Of a stretch of DNA of 64,000 bases, positions 56,242 to 64,000 are shown piece by piece (position 1 is the first letter of the stretch; every line of letters begins with the position of its first letter). Made by a program: the position numbers and the translations under genes. Below the pieces are notes generated by a model. It saw only the letters and a program-made list of their open reading frames with translations. It was not told the DNA's origin and made no database searches. The stretch covers positions 1 through 64,000 of the IMG/VR virus record IMGVR_UViG_2974511964_000001; one strand, given 5' to 3'. Origin of the DNA: a virus (taxonomy: Duplodnaviria > Caudoviricetes).

Positions 56242-56602
56242 ATCAATTACTAGAGAACAAGTATTAAACGCATTAGCTAAGCATAATGGATTAACTACCT
56301 ATAACAACCAAGCTGGTAGTCACCCTCGGACTCCAGAAGAGGACCGACAACTAGAAACTTTATTAACAAAGCGGGTAACTCTAGCAGAAGCCTTTGATGC
56401 AATTGATATCTTAACTTTTCCATATAATAAAAATACTAATGATTTAACTAAGCAAATCGAAGTTATTGGAGTATTGCTTAATAAGGTTGGTATTACAGAA
56501 AAGGATTGGACGGACGCCGAAAATAAGGTTGAATCCAAGCGTAAAGAACAGCAAGATAAGATTATGAAAGAAATAGAATCACAGCTAAAGGGGGTCGAAT
56601 AA
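56228..56602 (+). CDS. Hypothetical protein
   Basis: ATG 56228 after AAGGGTG. Confidence 0.65.
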   Translation: MAQNKSITREQVLNALAKHNGLTTYNNQAGSHPRTPEEDRQLETLLTKRVTLAEAFDAIDILTFPYNKNTNDLTKQIEVIGVLLNKVGITEKDWTDAENKVESKRKEQQDKIMKEIESQLKGVE

Positions 56603-57315
56603 TGGATTTGTCTAATAATCTGCCTAAGCTAGCTAAGGCTGTTAAGTCTGGTAGTAACCAAGTACAGTCAGTTGATACCGTATTAACTAAATATAGTTTG
56701 ACAGAATTAACGGGAACAAACAAAGAAGACTTTTTAGATGATGCTGAACTAGTTAAGGAAGCCATTGTAAGCAATATAATCCCTAATTATGATGATAAAC
56801 CAGCCGTTGTAACTTATGGGGGCGGGGCTAATAGCGAATTAATAGCTTCTAATCTGATTGAGCTAGCTAAGAAACATAGTAACTACAAACACGCTAACTC
56901 AATTCTTGATAGCATGGTAGACTTTGATGCTTATCTTGCTAAGCTATACGAATTAGGGGTATTGAAACAGTGGGTTATTAAAGGTAACGATGACACCCAA
57001 ACAATATTCTACTTATATGATGGCGAACTATTAACTAAGGATGACTTAGAAGTATTAGATATGTTTGTACATGCTAAGGAAGATACGGTTTTATCTAAAG
57101 AGCAGCTAGAACTATTGAACGACAAGTCCTTAGTTGCTCGCATTCACCATGATGCTTTGTCATATAAAAACAATCACACGTTGGATAATTTAAAGACCAT
57201 GCTTAGTTCACAATATAATAAGTATTTATCCAAACAATTAAACAAAGTTGTGCTAGTAGCATCAGCAGATTTAATGTATGCCTCATCAGGACTAAATAAC
57301 CAAATGTTTGCTTAG
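56602..57315 (+). CDS. Hypothetical protein
   Basis: Translationally coupled (TAATG), AAGGGGG RBS. Confidence 0.65.
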   Translation: MDLSNNLPKLAKAVKSGSNQVQSVDTVLTKYSLTELTGTNKEDFLDDAELVKEAIVSNIIPNYDDKPAVVTYGGGANSELIASNLIELAKKHSNYKHANSILDSMVDFDAYLAKLYELGVLKQWVIKGNDDTQTIFYLYDGELLTKDDLEVLDMFVHAKEDTVLSKEQLELLNDKSLVARIHHDALSYKNNHTLDNLKTMLSSQYNKYLSKQLNKVVLVASADLMYASSGLNNQMFA

Positions 57316-57334
57316 CATTAAGAAATGTTACAAT

Positions 57335-57358
57335 AAAGAGGGATTATTTCCCTCTTTT
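57335..57358 (+). terminator. Intrinsic terminator
   Basis: AAAGAGGGA/TCCCTCTTT. Confidence 0.75.
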
Positions 57359-57360
57359 AC

Positions 57361-57389
57361 TTTACATAAATTAACTGATATGTTATTAT
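57361..57389 (+). promoter_or_regulatory. Sigma-A promoter
   Basis: TTTACA-17 nt-TATTAT with a TG extension. Confidence 0.6.
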
Positions 57390-57410
57390 TTATAATAGGA
57401 AGGTGATAGA

Positions 57411-58328
57411 ATGAGTAGGTTTTTAATTGTTCAAGCTGACAATTCCGTTAGCGCTGTTTGTGCAAAGATACTGTCTGAGAATGATACAGGCACAGATGTC
57501 ATTGTTTATAAGAACAAATTTTTTAACGATTTTGATACCGGTGTTATTGAGCAAGGCGACCAGATAATTGTCCTTGGCTATTCTTATACGGGCTCAGATG
57601 TTCAAAATAAAAAGATTGATGAAATTACTAATAGCAAGTGTGACGATTTTATGTTCTTAGCACTTCATGGTAAACCCACAGATAATCCCAAGATTACTGT
57701 TATTGACAACTATGCTACTATAATAGGGATTTGCTTGACCTCTGTAGATTCTGAATTTAAAGATAAGGATACTCTGGCTGGCTTGCACAAACTATCTTGT
57801 AACGAGAAAGTGGATATTAATAAGTCTTTATCTAGTATTCTTGGTTGTTTGGAATATACGAAGATTACCGGAAATAACTACCGCATGATTCCACTAAGTA
57901 GGAATGCAGATGGATTATTCGAGGTAGGTGGGATTGACGACTACTTATTGTCGGATTGGTACTATGATACTAAGATAAAACCTAACCTGAATAAGCAGTT
58001 ATACGAGTTTGGTAAGTCTATTCCTAACATTGATAGCAAAGTATTTGTTCTCAATAGCGACATAGACTTAAGTGTATTTAAGATTGTTAAAATGCAAGAC
58101 TTAAAAGGCATATATGATATTATAATTCAGCCAAAAGGGTTTAATGTTAGCCGAGATAATGTTCTTGTCTTAGTAATCCCCTTAAATAAACAAGTAAGTG
58201 GTACTATAAAAGATGATAACAAGTTTGCAACTGATATTTTGAATGGACTGGGGTTTGTTAACTCAAAGGTCGGTCAATACACTGGATACACAATTATGCC
58301 AGTTAGTTTTACTGGACTATTTAGCTAA
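57411..58328 (+). CDS. Hypothetical protein, weakly DHH-fold-like N-terminus
   Basis: Pattern ADNSVSA..IIVLGYSY..LALHG resembles a degenerate DHH layout. Confidence 0.5.
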   Translation: MSRFLIVQADNSVSAVCAKILSENDTGTDVIVYKNKFFNDFDTGVIEQGDQIIVLGYSYTGSDVQNKKIDEITNSKCDDFMFLALHGKPTDNPKITVIDNYATIIGICLTSVDSEFKDKDTLAGLHKLSCNEKVDINKSLSSILGCLEYTKITGNNYRMIPLSRNADGLFEVGGIDDYLLSDWYYDTKIKPNLNKQLYEFGKSIPNIDSKVFVLNSDIDLSVFKIVKMQDLKGIYDIIIQPKGFNVSRDNVLVLVIPLNKQVSGTIKDDNKFATDILNGLGFVNSKVGQYTGYTIMPVSFTGLFS

Positions 58329-58347
58329 AGAAAGTAGGAATATAATT

Positions 58348-59607
58348 TTGGAAAAAGATATTAACAAAATTTATGGTGCGGTTCTTGGAGAAGCTTATCT
58401 TAACGGAGGGCAAAAGTTTACAATTTCCTCAATCAACCGGTATTTAAAGCAGTTAGGTCAAGAACGGCTAAAGCGAGAAGATATCGAAGGACTAGTAGAA
58501 GCATTAAAGGAACAACAACAACCTTTATATGATGCTTATGTAGCAGTTGGCTCTGGTAAAGAAACTCTAACAGACTATTTAGATGTTAGCAATCCAGATA
58601 GGGTATATGACCATGTAACACCAACAGTTGTTAATAAGGTAGCCCTACAAGAGAGTCAGAAAGAATTTAAGAACGACTTAAGAGTTGGGGCTTACTCTAA
58701 GATGTTAGCGGATAAAAATAGGGAAGCTATTATAGACATGCTAGCTAGCCTAGACTTATCAATGTTTACACAGCCAGCAGATGTAAAAGATAGTGACCAA
58801 GCCTTAGTATTAAATTTGAGTGACTTACACATTGGGGAACTAGATGATTTAAAGGTCGGTAGCTACCATAATGTTTATAATTTATCTGTTCTTAAAAAGC
58901 GTTTGCGAGCATATGTTGACACAGCTTTAAACTATGCTCGTGCCAATGGTATTACCAATATCGTAGTAATTAACATTGGGGATATTATTACTGGTGGCTA
59001 CATGCACCCTAACCAATTATTTAGTATTGAGTTTGATATTTCTCATCAAATTGCCGAAGCTATTCAAATTATGTTGTCCTTACTAAATGAACTAAACTCT
59101 GAGTTCAAAGTAACATTTGGCTCAATTGCAGGTAATCATGACCGAATTAATCAAAAGGATAAAGCCGGTAATATTCCCTCTGACTCTGCTGCTTACATTG
59201 TGATGGATACTATCAATACAATTAAGAAAACTACTGGTGCACTAGAAAATGTTACCTTGATTGACAACTTTGATGATATGCACGAAATTGATTTAACCAT
59301 TAATGATAAGCGGATTGTATGGACGCATGGTGAGAAGGTAAAGCGGGCTAAGAATGATAATGCCTATAAATTCCAAGCTGGTGGAAAGCATGTTGATTGT
59401 TTAATCTATGGTCATTTCCACACCTTCCAAATTAAGTCTGGAGATTTATGCCAAGAAGTTGGGCTACCAGCTTTAAAGGGCATGGATTCTTATGCTAAGT
59501 CATTACCAACTGAATTTAGTGCACCGGGACAATGTTTTACAATCGTTCCTAAAGATGGTAATATTTATACCATTCCAGTATTATTTAAGGGTGATGAATT
59601 TGAATAA
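58348..59607 (+). CDS. Calcineurin-like metallophosphoesterase
   Basis: SDLHIG, IGD, GNHD, THGE, GHFH; TTG 58348 after AGGA. Confidence 0.85.
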   Translation: MEKDINKIYGAVLGEAYLNGGQKFTISSINRYLKQLGQERLKREDIEGLVEALKEQQQPLYDAYVAVGSGKETLTDYLDVSNPDRVYDHVTPTVVNKVALQESQKEFKNDLRVGAYSKMLADKNREAIIDMLASLDLSMFTQPADVKDSDQALVLNLSDLHIGELDDLKVGSYHNVYNLSVLKKRLRAYVDTALNYARANGITNIVVINIGDIITGGYMHPNQLFSIEFDISHQIAEAIQIMLSLLNELNSEFKVTFGSIAGNHDRINQKDKAGNIPSDSAAYIVMDTINTIKKTTGALENVTLIDNFDDMHEIDLTINDKRIVWTHGEKVKRAKNDNAYKFQAGGKHVDCLIYGHFHTFQIKSGDLCQEVGLPALKGMDSYAKSLPTEFSAPGQCFTIVPKDGNIYTIPVLFKGDEFE

Positions 59608-60118
59608 ACGAATTAAGAATAAGACAGCTAAGCATCAAACTGGACTAACCAAGCCACAGTTAAAGCGTATTAGGTCTTTAATGAGCCAAAATAAGTACCA
59701 CGAGTTTACTAATAATTGGAATTGGTGGGACTTCGCCTATATTATGGATTTACTATACTATGTAGATGAGACTAAAGATAAAGCCTTTTTATCTAGACTA
59801 GAAGAACTAGAAGATAACTTTGATGGTATATTAATCTTTAATTCTTCAGAAGATAGATATACCTTACTAAACAGGCTATGGGAGGCGCAGGAGCCATATT
59901 TTGAGCTTGTAAGACATTTAAATGCTAGTCAGGCATATTTACACGGGGTAATCCTAGAATGCGTTGCTAGGGCTTACAATGCCCATGGTCATGCTGTAGA
60001 TAGCCACAAGGTTGCTAATGAAATGTATAAGGCTTCTAAGATGCTTAAAGATAATGCAGTGGACGCTTACACCGAATATGTAAGAGAGAACCAGCGTTTT
60101 CAAGGCTGGTGGGACTAA
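59600..60118 (+). CDS. Hypothetical protein
   Basis: TTG 59600 (or ATG 59594) after AAGGGTG. Confidence 0.6.
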   Translation: MNKRIKNKTAKHQTGLTKPQLKRIRSLMSQNKYHEFTNNWNWWDFAYIMDLLYYVDETKDKAFLSRLEELEDNFDGILIFNSSEDRYTLLNRLWEAQEPYFELVRHLNASQAYLHGVILECVARAYNAHGHAVDSHKVANEMYKASKMLKDNAVDAYTEYVRENQRFQGWWD

Positions 60119-60526
60119 ATGACTAAAAAAGAAGTCATCAAGTTGATTGTTAATATAGTGCTACTAATAGTTATCTACTGGTTAGTAGTTTTTGCTTTAT
60201 TAGTTCCAATTGCATTATTTACAACAGGACTAGTAACGATTGTATTGAGTAGCTTTACTGGTGGTATTGGTATCTATGTAACAACTCCCATATTGCTTAG
60301 GCTCAATAAGATTAAGTTTGTAAAGTTTGATGGAAAAGCACTATTCGCCAGTTTTCAGCTCTTTTTCATTGGTGGTGCTGTTAATGCCACTTGTGCAATA
60401 TTACCATGGATAGGAATAGCTACCAGTGGAATTTGGCTCACTGTGACGACCCTAATAGGTATGCTGGTATGTGCCCTATGTGCTTGGTTTATGACTGGAG
60501 ATATTTTAAGCATGTATGATATGTAA
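60119..60526 (+). CDS. Hypothetical membrane protein (about four TM helices)
   Basis: Highly hydrophobic translation. Confidence 0.65.
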   Translation: MTKKEVIKLIVNIVLLIVIYWLVVFALLVPIALFTTGLVTIVLSSFTGGIGIYVTTPILLRLNKIKFVKFDGKALFASFQLFFIGGAVNATCAILPWIGIATSGIWLTVTTLIGMLVCALCAWFMTGDILSMYDM

Positions 60527-60532
60527 GACATT

Positions 60533-60562
60533 GAGTCTATCTTAATTGATAGGCTCTTTTTT
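60533..60562 (+). terminator. Intrinsic terminator
   Basis: GAGTCTATC/GATAGGCTC plus T-run. Confidence 0.75.
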
Positions 60563-60639
60563 GATTCTATAAATTTCTTATATTAAAGGTGAAAAGTAGT
60601 ACAATTAAGTCATATAAATAAACGTTAGGATGTGATTAA

Positions 60640-61275
60640 ATGAACGGTTCTGGAGCGCATAAAAAGGGCTCAAATTTTGAAAGAGATGTGGCTAAAGCAT
60701 TTACTAAGTGGTCTGGAGTTAAGTTTAATAGAACGTTTGCTTCTGGTGCTCAGGGGGACAAGTTTTCTAGTGACGTGCGGGTTACAGGCGACTTATTTGC
60801 ACCAGTAGACTATAACTTTCCATTTAGTGTAGAATGCAAATTTCATGATGATTTCAATTTAAGGAATGTATTTATCAACGGCTCTGTTGTACAGCTATTT
60901 CTAAAACAGAATGTTAGTGATGCAAGACGTAGCAATCGAGCCCCTATGCTAGTAGCTAAGGTATCTAGGCAGGATACATATGTTGTTCTTCCTTATACTG
61001 AGAATTTAGAAAACCTACTAATAACCAAGCAGGCACCATACTTCTTTAGGCGCATGTACTATCAAGATGACATGACTAAAAGGGTTTATAAGTTTGACAT
61101 GATTATTACAAATTTAAACTCTTTATTACTAGCAACGCCTAGTGAACTATGGGAATGGTATAATGATTTAGACTGGAATTATCTTAATGAAGACACCAAT
61201 ATTAGAGAAACTAATACTGATGTTGACAAACTAATAGGTCAGGTCAAAGGAGACTTAATTGAACATGGAGAATAA
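60640..61275 (+). CDS. Holliday junction resolvase (Hjc-like PD-(D/E)XK)
   Basis: KKGSNFERDVA, SGA, GDL, SVECK. Confidence 0.88.
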   Translation: MNGSGAHKKGSNFERDVAKAFTKWSGVKFNRTFASGAQGDKFSSDVRVTGDLFAPVDYNFPFSVECKFHDDFNLRNVFINGSVVQLFLKQNVSDARRSNRAPMLVAKVSRQDTYVVLPYTENLENLLITKQAPYFFRRMYYQDDMTKRVYKFDMIITNLNSLLLATPSELWEWYNDLDWNYLNEDTNIRETNTDVDKLIGQVKGDLIEHGE

Positions 61276-61483
61276 ATTAAATGATAATGTAATTGAAGTA
61301 ACTAAGAACGGTAATACTTATTATGCTGAATCGGAAAGAATAAGTATTACACTAGAAGCAGAAGATGAAGGAATCTTTCAAGTAACTCAGGTAAGTATAA
61401 AAGATTATTTGTACCCGAGTGACATAAGTAAATCAGTCAAGCACGCAGTTAGATTAGCAACAAAACTGCAAAATACAGATTAA
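61259..61483 (+). CDS. Hypothetical protein
   Basis: AAAGGAG RBS. Confidence 0.6.
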   Translation: MNMENKLNDNVIEVTKNGNTYYAESERISITLEAEDEGIFQVTQVSIKDYLYPSDISKSVKHAVRLATKLQNTD

Positions 61484-61497
61484 GGGAATGTAAGAAT

Positions 61498-62124
61498 ATG
61501 AGACTAGTTGAAAATTTAAATATTAATAATACGTTTAGGGCCTTAAATTTAAATACCTATATAGACCCGCATGAAGAAAAAGTAGTTAGAGTAACACAAG
61601 AGAACGAAGATAAGATTAGGTCAATCCTAAATGAGAATAAAGGAGAAGGATATCTGTTTATCATAGACGCTTCCAGTTCTCAGCCGGAGGTTATAAATGA
61701 TGTATATCGTTCCAAAGCCTATATTAATATAATGGTAGAGCGTGTATTGCCGATTCCAATGTTATTTGCTCTAGGTAGTAATAGAAGAGCCCAAGTTATC
61801 TATAAGTACCATGAAGGGTACACTAGAGAAGAGTTAACTAATATGGATACGGTTTCGGAAGTAGTTAAAACTTGTGTGATGGTGACAGCTGATGGTGAAA
61901 GCATCCCAAATATTAGCAAAATGTTATTCAACATGAACGACCTTAGGTATATAATTGATAGAGTATACTTTAACCTTGAAGAAACCAGCGAGAAAAAGAA
62001 AATGAAACTGTTTAAAGGAACTCATGAAGTTTTAGCACGTTGGAAGATTCAGTTGTATATCAAATGTAAGTCAGAGGAGGAGCGCCAGTCAATTTTGGAA
62101 GAGGGTGTTCTAATTGGTAGCTAA
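61498..62124 (+). CDS. Hypothetical protein (position before the HU-like gene)
   Basis: ORF with RBS, operon context. Confidence 0.65.
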   Translation: MRLVENLNINNTFRALNLNTYIDPHEEKVVRVTQENEDKIRSILNENKGEGYLFIIDASSSQPEVINDVYRSKAYINIMVERVLPIPMLFALGSNRRAQVIYKYHEGYTREELTNMDTVSEVVKTCVMVTADGESIPNISKMLFNMNDLRYIIDRVYFNLEETSEKKKMKLFKGTHEVLARWKIQLYIKCKSEEERQSILEEGVLIGS

Positions 62125-62437
62125 AAAGACTATTAATCGGGACGACCTAGCCAGAGAATTGCACAACCGGTACCCCGAGTTTTTAATGAGGGATATAAAA
62201 TTACTGATTGAAGAGTTAGAAGTAATAGTGGCTGATGAGGTAGACTCTGGTAACAAAGTTAAGCTTGGCAAGCTGCTGGAACTAGAATCACAAACAAAAT
62301 CAAGTAGACGACACTATGATGGTATTGACAAGATTCATGGTGGCAAAGGTAAATATGTTGAGATTCCGGCTAGGAAAAGGGTAAAGTATACGCCCATGAA
62401 ATTATTGAAAGATATACAAAATAAACCAGTTAAGTAG
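62114..62437 (+). CDS. HU/IHF-like DNA-binding protein (TF1-like)
   Basis: NRDDLAREL, GNKVKLGKL, VEIPARKRVKYTP. Confidence 0.88.
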   Translation: MVAKKTINRDDLARELHNRYPEFLMRDIKLLIEELEVIVADEVDSGNKVKLGKLLELESQTKSSRRHYDGIDKIHGGKGKYVEIPARKRVKYTPMKLLKDIQNKPVK

Positions 62438-62447
62438 GTGATATAAT

Positions 62448-62957
62448 TTGGCAGATATAACGCATGGAACGTGGATTAAAGATGGTAAGGTGGTTGACGC
62501 TGTTTATCAAGGCGGTGTTAAGGTATATGGACGTAACCTGTTAACAGGTACTGGTAATCATACTGTTACAGGGACAAGTAACAATGGTTATGTTTCTAAT
62601 GAAGATGCTAATCCGACACAATTATTCCAAGGGTTAGAAGGACAAACTGTAACTGCATCATATGACTATGAATACTCAGGATTCATTGCCGGAAGTGGTA
62701 ATAACCGTATAGTGTGGGAGGCAAGAATAGCTGCGGACACCATAATATATTTTGATTTATGGTATTATCCTAATAATGATTCAGGTTCAGGAAGAGTATC
62801 AAGAACATTTGTGGTACCTAAAAATGTAAAAACTGCCGGAAGTATGGGATATATTCAATTTTCTGGTTCTGGAACTGGGACTTTAAGCCATTTTAAATTA
62901 GAAAAAGGTAGTGTTGCTACCCCTTGGACGCCAGCACCAGAAGACATATTAAATTAA
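62448..62957 (+). CDS. Stand-alone carbohydrate-binding-like module, paralogous to the baseplate insert at ~35811-36251
   Basis: RNLLTGTG..FSGSGTGTLSH.KLEKGSVATPW.PAPED shared with 34113..36821. Confidence 0.8.
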   Translation: MADITHGTWIKDGKVVDAVYQGGVKVYGRNLLTGTGNHTVTGTSNNGYVSNEDANPTQLFQGLEGQTVTASYDYEYSGFIAGSGNNRIVWEARIAADTIIYFDLWYYPNNDSGSGRVSRTFVVPKNVKTAGSMGYIQFSGSGTGTLSHFKLEKGSVATPWTPAPEDILN

Positions 62958-63026
62958 AATATGTCAAGTTGAATAAGGGTTCCTAGTAACCACAATAAAA
63001 TTTGAATTTTATTCTGTAAATAATTA

Positions 63027-63055
63027 TTGACAAAGCATATCAGAAATGGTATGCT
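63027..63055 (+). promoter_or_regulatory. Sigma-A promoter
   Basis: TTGACA-17 nt-TATGCT with a TG extension; a second TGTTATAAT at 63061. Confidence 0.65.
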
Positions 63056-63090
63056 TTTTATGTTATAATGAATGGAAGGAGGAAATAATA

Positions 63091-63390
63091 ATGACTAAAT
63101 CATCTAATTTAGATAAAATATTTAAGAACATGAATGATGACTGGTTCTTTATGGACTCACATGCTGAGGACTTTGTTACACTAATTCTGTATGATACAGA
63201 GAACTATATGATTGTTGGGCGCACTAATGATATTGTTGCTATGAAATATGCTGACAATGATTATGTAGAGGATTACCAAAACAAATTTGATGACCTTTAT
63301 GAAGAACAGACAGGTCATGAAAATTCACAATATCGGTTTGAGCTGGTACCGGTTGGTGTCACTTCAGTTGCTCTAAAATATAATTTATAA
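63091..63390 (+). CDS. Small acidic hypothetical protein
   Basis: ATG 63091 after AAGGAGG. Confidence 0.7.
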   Translation: MTKSSNLDKIFKNMNDDWFFMDSHAEDFVTLILYDTENYMIVGRTNDIVAMKYADNDYVEDYQNKFDDLYEEQTGHENSQYRFELVPVGVTSVALKYNL

Positions 63391-63452
63391 TAAATAAAAA
63401 CTATGTATCAAGCCGTTTAAATGGGCGGAAGATACAGAAAGTAGGTAATTTA

Positions 63453-64000
63453 ATGGTTAAAGTAATGGCAGTACTAGAGTTCCCTAGAGTATCATATTTC
63501 AAGAAGTCTACTAATGGAGAGTATGATTTTAATTTTATGTCTACTAGGGCTGGAAAGCTACTAAATAAGACATTGACAGCTCCTAGAGCAGGATTAGGAC
63601 TTGATTTAAAAGATGTTGATATAGAATTTGCGTATGATTCTATTCCAAAAGTATATAAAGACAATAGCTATGCACCTATCTCAATTAAATCTGGTAAGCC
63701 TTCCTTTGATAGATTAAAAGCTAAGATAGCAGAAACTAATCCAGATTTACTATTAGCGTTTGGTGGCACATCTTGTTTAGCATTGTTGGGTAAGAAGGGG
63801 GTTAATGACCTAAGAGGACGCCCTTATGATTTATCCTTAGAGAATAGAACTTACACTGTTTTCCCAATGCTTAACCCAGAAGATATTTTAACTTCACCTA
63901 ATAAAGAACTACTGTTAAAAGTTGATATTGGTCTAGTTAAACGATTTTTAAAGGGTGGCAAGGAAGCTTTAAAGCCTAACGTAGGTAAGTATGAACTGGT
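63453..64000 (+). CDS. DNA polymerase, N-terminal uracil-DNA-glycosylase-like domain (partial, runs off the window)
   Basis: Open frame from ATG 63453: MVKVMAVLEFPR..RAGKLL..NPDLLLAFGG..LRG..VFPMLNP; position after HU as in SPO1/Twort-like phages. Confidence 0.8.
   Translation, partial: MVKVMAVLEFPRVSYFKKSTNGEYDFNFMSTRAGKLLNKTLTAPRAGLGLDLKDVDIEFAYDSIPKVYKDNSYAPISIKSGKPSFDRLKAKIAETNPDLLLAFGGTSCLALLGKKGVNDLRGRPYDLSLENRTYTVFPMLNPEDILTSPNKELLLKVDIGLVKRFLKGGKEALKPNVGKYEL

Noticed and set aside
36163-62944. Paralogous module pair as a diversity-generating retroelement template/variable repeat
   Set aside because: The differences are not adenine-specific (T/C, G/C and T/G changes occur), most are synonymous, and there is no reverse transcriptase in the window.
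63401-63664. 87-aa minus-strand ORF
   Set aside because: It is antisense to the DNA polymerase N-terminus starting at 63453.

Overview
This 64 kb window comes from a large virulent myophage with SPO1/Twort-like (Herelleviridae) gene order. The host is most likely a lactobacillus (inferred). From left to right it carries: a packaging module whose large terminase gene is split into four exons by three group I introns (the first encodes a zinc-ribbon/Vsr-like homing endonuclease); portal, protease, scaffold and major capsid; neck, sheath and tube; a +1-frameshifted tail chaperone pair; tape measure with a glucosaminidase domain; tail lysin; a frameshift-split, mosaic tail fibre locus; baseplate genes; holin and a signal-peptide GH25 endolysin. 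Next comes a minus-strand pnuC-nadR-Nudix NAD+ salvage operon, a ~1 kb ORF-free and highly structured region, and the replication module (DnaB helicase, SbcD/SbcC, NrdH, primase, deoxynucleoside kinase, resolvase, HU, start of DNA polymerase). The most striking locus is 43.7-47.4 kb. The NAD+ salvage operon has a sigma-A promoter, a 9-codon leader peptide (MDITLRPPP) and a compact NAD+-II-like riboswitch pseudoknot over the pnuC ribosome-binding site. Mutually exclusive pairings link the peptide and the riboswitch. Directly upstream lies a candidate ~1 kb ornate ncRNA. All calls come from reading the sequence by eye; no database searches were run.
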